From Thalia democratica (lineage: Eukaryota), in assembly GCA_965202585.1 (NCBI GenBank), contig OZ241826.1, forward strand, positions 63,054,001-63,118,000: a stretch of 64,000 nucleotides of DNA, given 5' to 3'. The notes beneath the pieces were generated by a model that saw nothing but the letters and a program-made list of their open reading frames with translations, did no database searches and was not told the origin of the DNA. The first letter of the stretch is position 1. Each line of letters opens with the position of its first letter. Shown in pieces: positions 61,801-64,000 of this stretch. Position numbers and translations under genes: made by a program.

Positions 61801-62215
61801 AGTAGATAAAGAAACAGCAATATCAATTTTTTGTGGTATATACCAAACTGGATAAAGGAAAGACGAGTCCTGTTCTAAAGATAGGGTGTAATCATTAAAA
61901 CCAACCTTATTCCAGAAATTAGCTGAAAATTTATGTGGCTTATTATCGTCAACAGTTGCATTTAATTTTAAATCGTGAGAGACAGTTTTTTGATTGAAGT
62001 TCAAGTTGTAATTTATACCAACGCTTAATTTTTCAAAAGAATCACAAATATTTGATGTTTCAACTTCGCCGTAGTAACTTATAAGAAATGGTTTCGATGT
62101 GAGCTTGTGTTCGTATTTCAAGCTCATTTCGTTGTACTGAGCATTCAAGTCCACATTTCTTGCAATTCTATCTCCAGATACTTCTAGTTTTATAGTTTGT
62201 GGCATTTTAGATTCT
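55888..62215 (-). CDS. LLTP giant exon (6328 nt): amphipathic beta-sheet region plus helical segment
   Basis: T-tract ttcag acceptor; AC|A completes Thr, then ESKMPQT of the 2108-aa ORF; gttagt donor at 55887, phase 0. Confidence 0.92.
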
Positions 62216-62485
62216 CTGAAAAAAAAAATTAAATGACAATTACTTACTGTTGTTTTGATATCATATATGTTTAAATATATGTAAACTGTTAAAGCAATAA
62301 TTTATACCTTTTTAATGTTTTGAAAAACTAAAATGTACGAATTTTCTTACTTTTGATTATGAATGAAGCTTAAAAAGTTTTATTTTATAATTTAATACGA
62401 TGTTAGTTAATATAGTAACAAGTTGTTATAGTTTTTATTAAGTCTTTAAAATATTATTAATTTCAAATTAATCAACACTACTAAC

Positions 62486-64000
62486 GTATAAAAATCTTGG
62501 GTCATTGTCATTTCATACTCTCCTTCATCGAAATTCCAAGTCAGTGACAAAATTCCTTTTTTATCATTAAAATCTACATCAGCATTGAATTTATTTTGTT
62601 TAATTAAAAAGCCTGCCTCGTAAATACCATATAAGAAAGGTAAGTTTATCTCCATACTGCAATGTGCCATCATTTTTAATAAACTATCGTATTTCAACTT
62701 AGCTGAAACGTTTGACTCTGCTCCTTGATATACTAACCCAAACACAATTTCAAATGCAGACTTCCAACTAATTTTAAGATCAATATTAGTTGGAATACGA
62801 GGGAATATTTCTTCAAAAAGAGTTTGCTTGCCAGTAAAGGTAAGACCACCGTCTTGATAGGTAAAAACATGACTTGCTCGAACTTCATTATTCAATTTAT
62901 ACTCGTCTGTAAAATTAATGGAATCATCTTCAAGTACATTAAGTACAAACTTTGCATTAAAAGGTACTAAATATGCCATCAACAAGTTACCACTTGGATT
63001 TAGATCTACTTCAACAACATGTTTGCCCCCTGACGACTCAACTATGTACATTGCTTCAAGTGTTGAATCGCTTTCATCTAACGTTAAAGTACTCCAGAAT
63101 CCTGATTTTCTGTCACTTCTCATTCCATAATTCGCATCAAACTTAATAGATCTAGGTACACTATAGGAGCTTAGTATTGACACTTTGTGATTTAGAGTTA
63201 ATAAGACCCTATTCCTTCCTAAAACTTGTCCCGTGAAAGTAATCGATTGATTATCAACTGTTCCTTCAACAAGTAATTTATCTGTATATTGTATTTTTGC
63301 TTCTATGTCACGTGGCACGATACTTGAAAATTTCTGAAAAGATGTTATGCTGACAGAATTACTGTCAATTTCAGTTGTAAGCTCTAACATCTTATTGTCA
63401 TCCATACTAAAATCAAGCTTTCCATTTTTGTTTCTCTGATCAACAACTAAATTTAAAGTTACTGACTCAAATGGTAAATTGAGTTTTTGCTTAAAGTTTA
63501 CACTTAAATCAAATAAAGGGTTTAATGAAGCTGATACTAGTAGTCCAACAAGTTTTTTTTCATCTGACACTAGTTCACCTTCAATTACGTTTTTACCAGA
63601 AACTGTGCGGTGAAATCCTCCAGAAAGTAACAATGATTTTACCGAAACACCTTGAATGTCTAATGCAGCCTTTAAAGTTCCGCTGTATCTCATTGCTTCC
63701 CTCGATGCAGGTTGATCTACGTAGTCAAAGTTTATTTTTAAAGTTTGATCCTTTTCACCAGATTTAGTTTTAAAAATTACCTCAGTGTTTATCGTTTTTT
63801 TACTTAAAGAACCATCTAAGTTTAAAACAAGCTTAAATGGATCCAACTCGAAATGAAAATCAGTATTAAAATCTGGTTTTGATTTTTTATTGTTGTGGGA
63901 CAAGTTTAAAATAAAATCTGGAAAGTTATGAGTTACTAGTAAATTTTCAGTTTCAAATCCTGTTTTGGTTATTTTAGTATCTGTTTTTAAGTTGAGTAGG
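62486..64000 (-). CDS. LLTP exon (truncated by window edge), beta-strand-rich
   Basis: Frame of ORF 62446-63903 stays open to the edge (LLNLKTDTKITKTG...); gttagt donor at 62485, phase 2. Confidence 0.9.

Larger units (their letters stand above)
52229..64000 (-). other. Large lipid transfer protein gene (apolipophorin/apoB/vitellogenin superfamily), 3' ~3190 codons; 11 exons; 5' end outside window
   Basis: All 10 introns are GT-AG and phase-consistent; 9574 exonic nt; domain order is beta-rich region, amphipathic helix, vWD (HYRTFDGKYFDF; GLLGTFNNEP), C8, vWA-like, terminal CTC...G...C. Confidence 0.85.

Noticed and set aside
1-64000. rRNA, tRNA, spliced-leader/snRNA genes, intact transposase
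   Set aside because: No recognisable motifs seen by eye; tRNAscan/Infernal were not run, so small ncRNAs cannot be excluded

Overview
Very AT-rich, intron-rich eukaryotic DNA; composition and MITE load resemble a Hydra-type invertebrate (inference only). Two convergent spliced genes were reconstructed by hand from splice sites and codon phase, and both 5' ends lie outside the window. (1) + strand, 818-37633: about 14 exons encoding a charged coiled-coil protein. Its C-terminal W-x-x-G-x-V and TPNK/SPNK motifs resemble caldesmon/LSP1. It includes a 2.4 kb low-complexity exon that probably has its own internal promoter. (2) - strand, >64000 to 52229: 11 exons encoding the last ~3190 aa of a large lipid transfer protein (apolipophorin/apoB/vitellogenin superfamily). 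It has a 6.3 kb beta-rich exon with a hidden ~60-aa periodicity, followed by an amphipathic helical region, vWD, C8 and a vWA-like tail. Introns and intergenic DNA carry many non-autonomous DNA transposons (hAT with 8-bp TSDs, a pogo/Tigger-like pair with TA TSDs, fold-back palindromes), including one composite and one nested element. I saw no rRNA, tRNA, CRISPR array or intact transposase. All homology calls are from recalled motifs, not from database searches.
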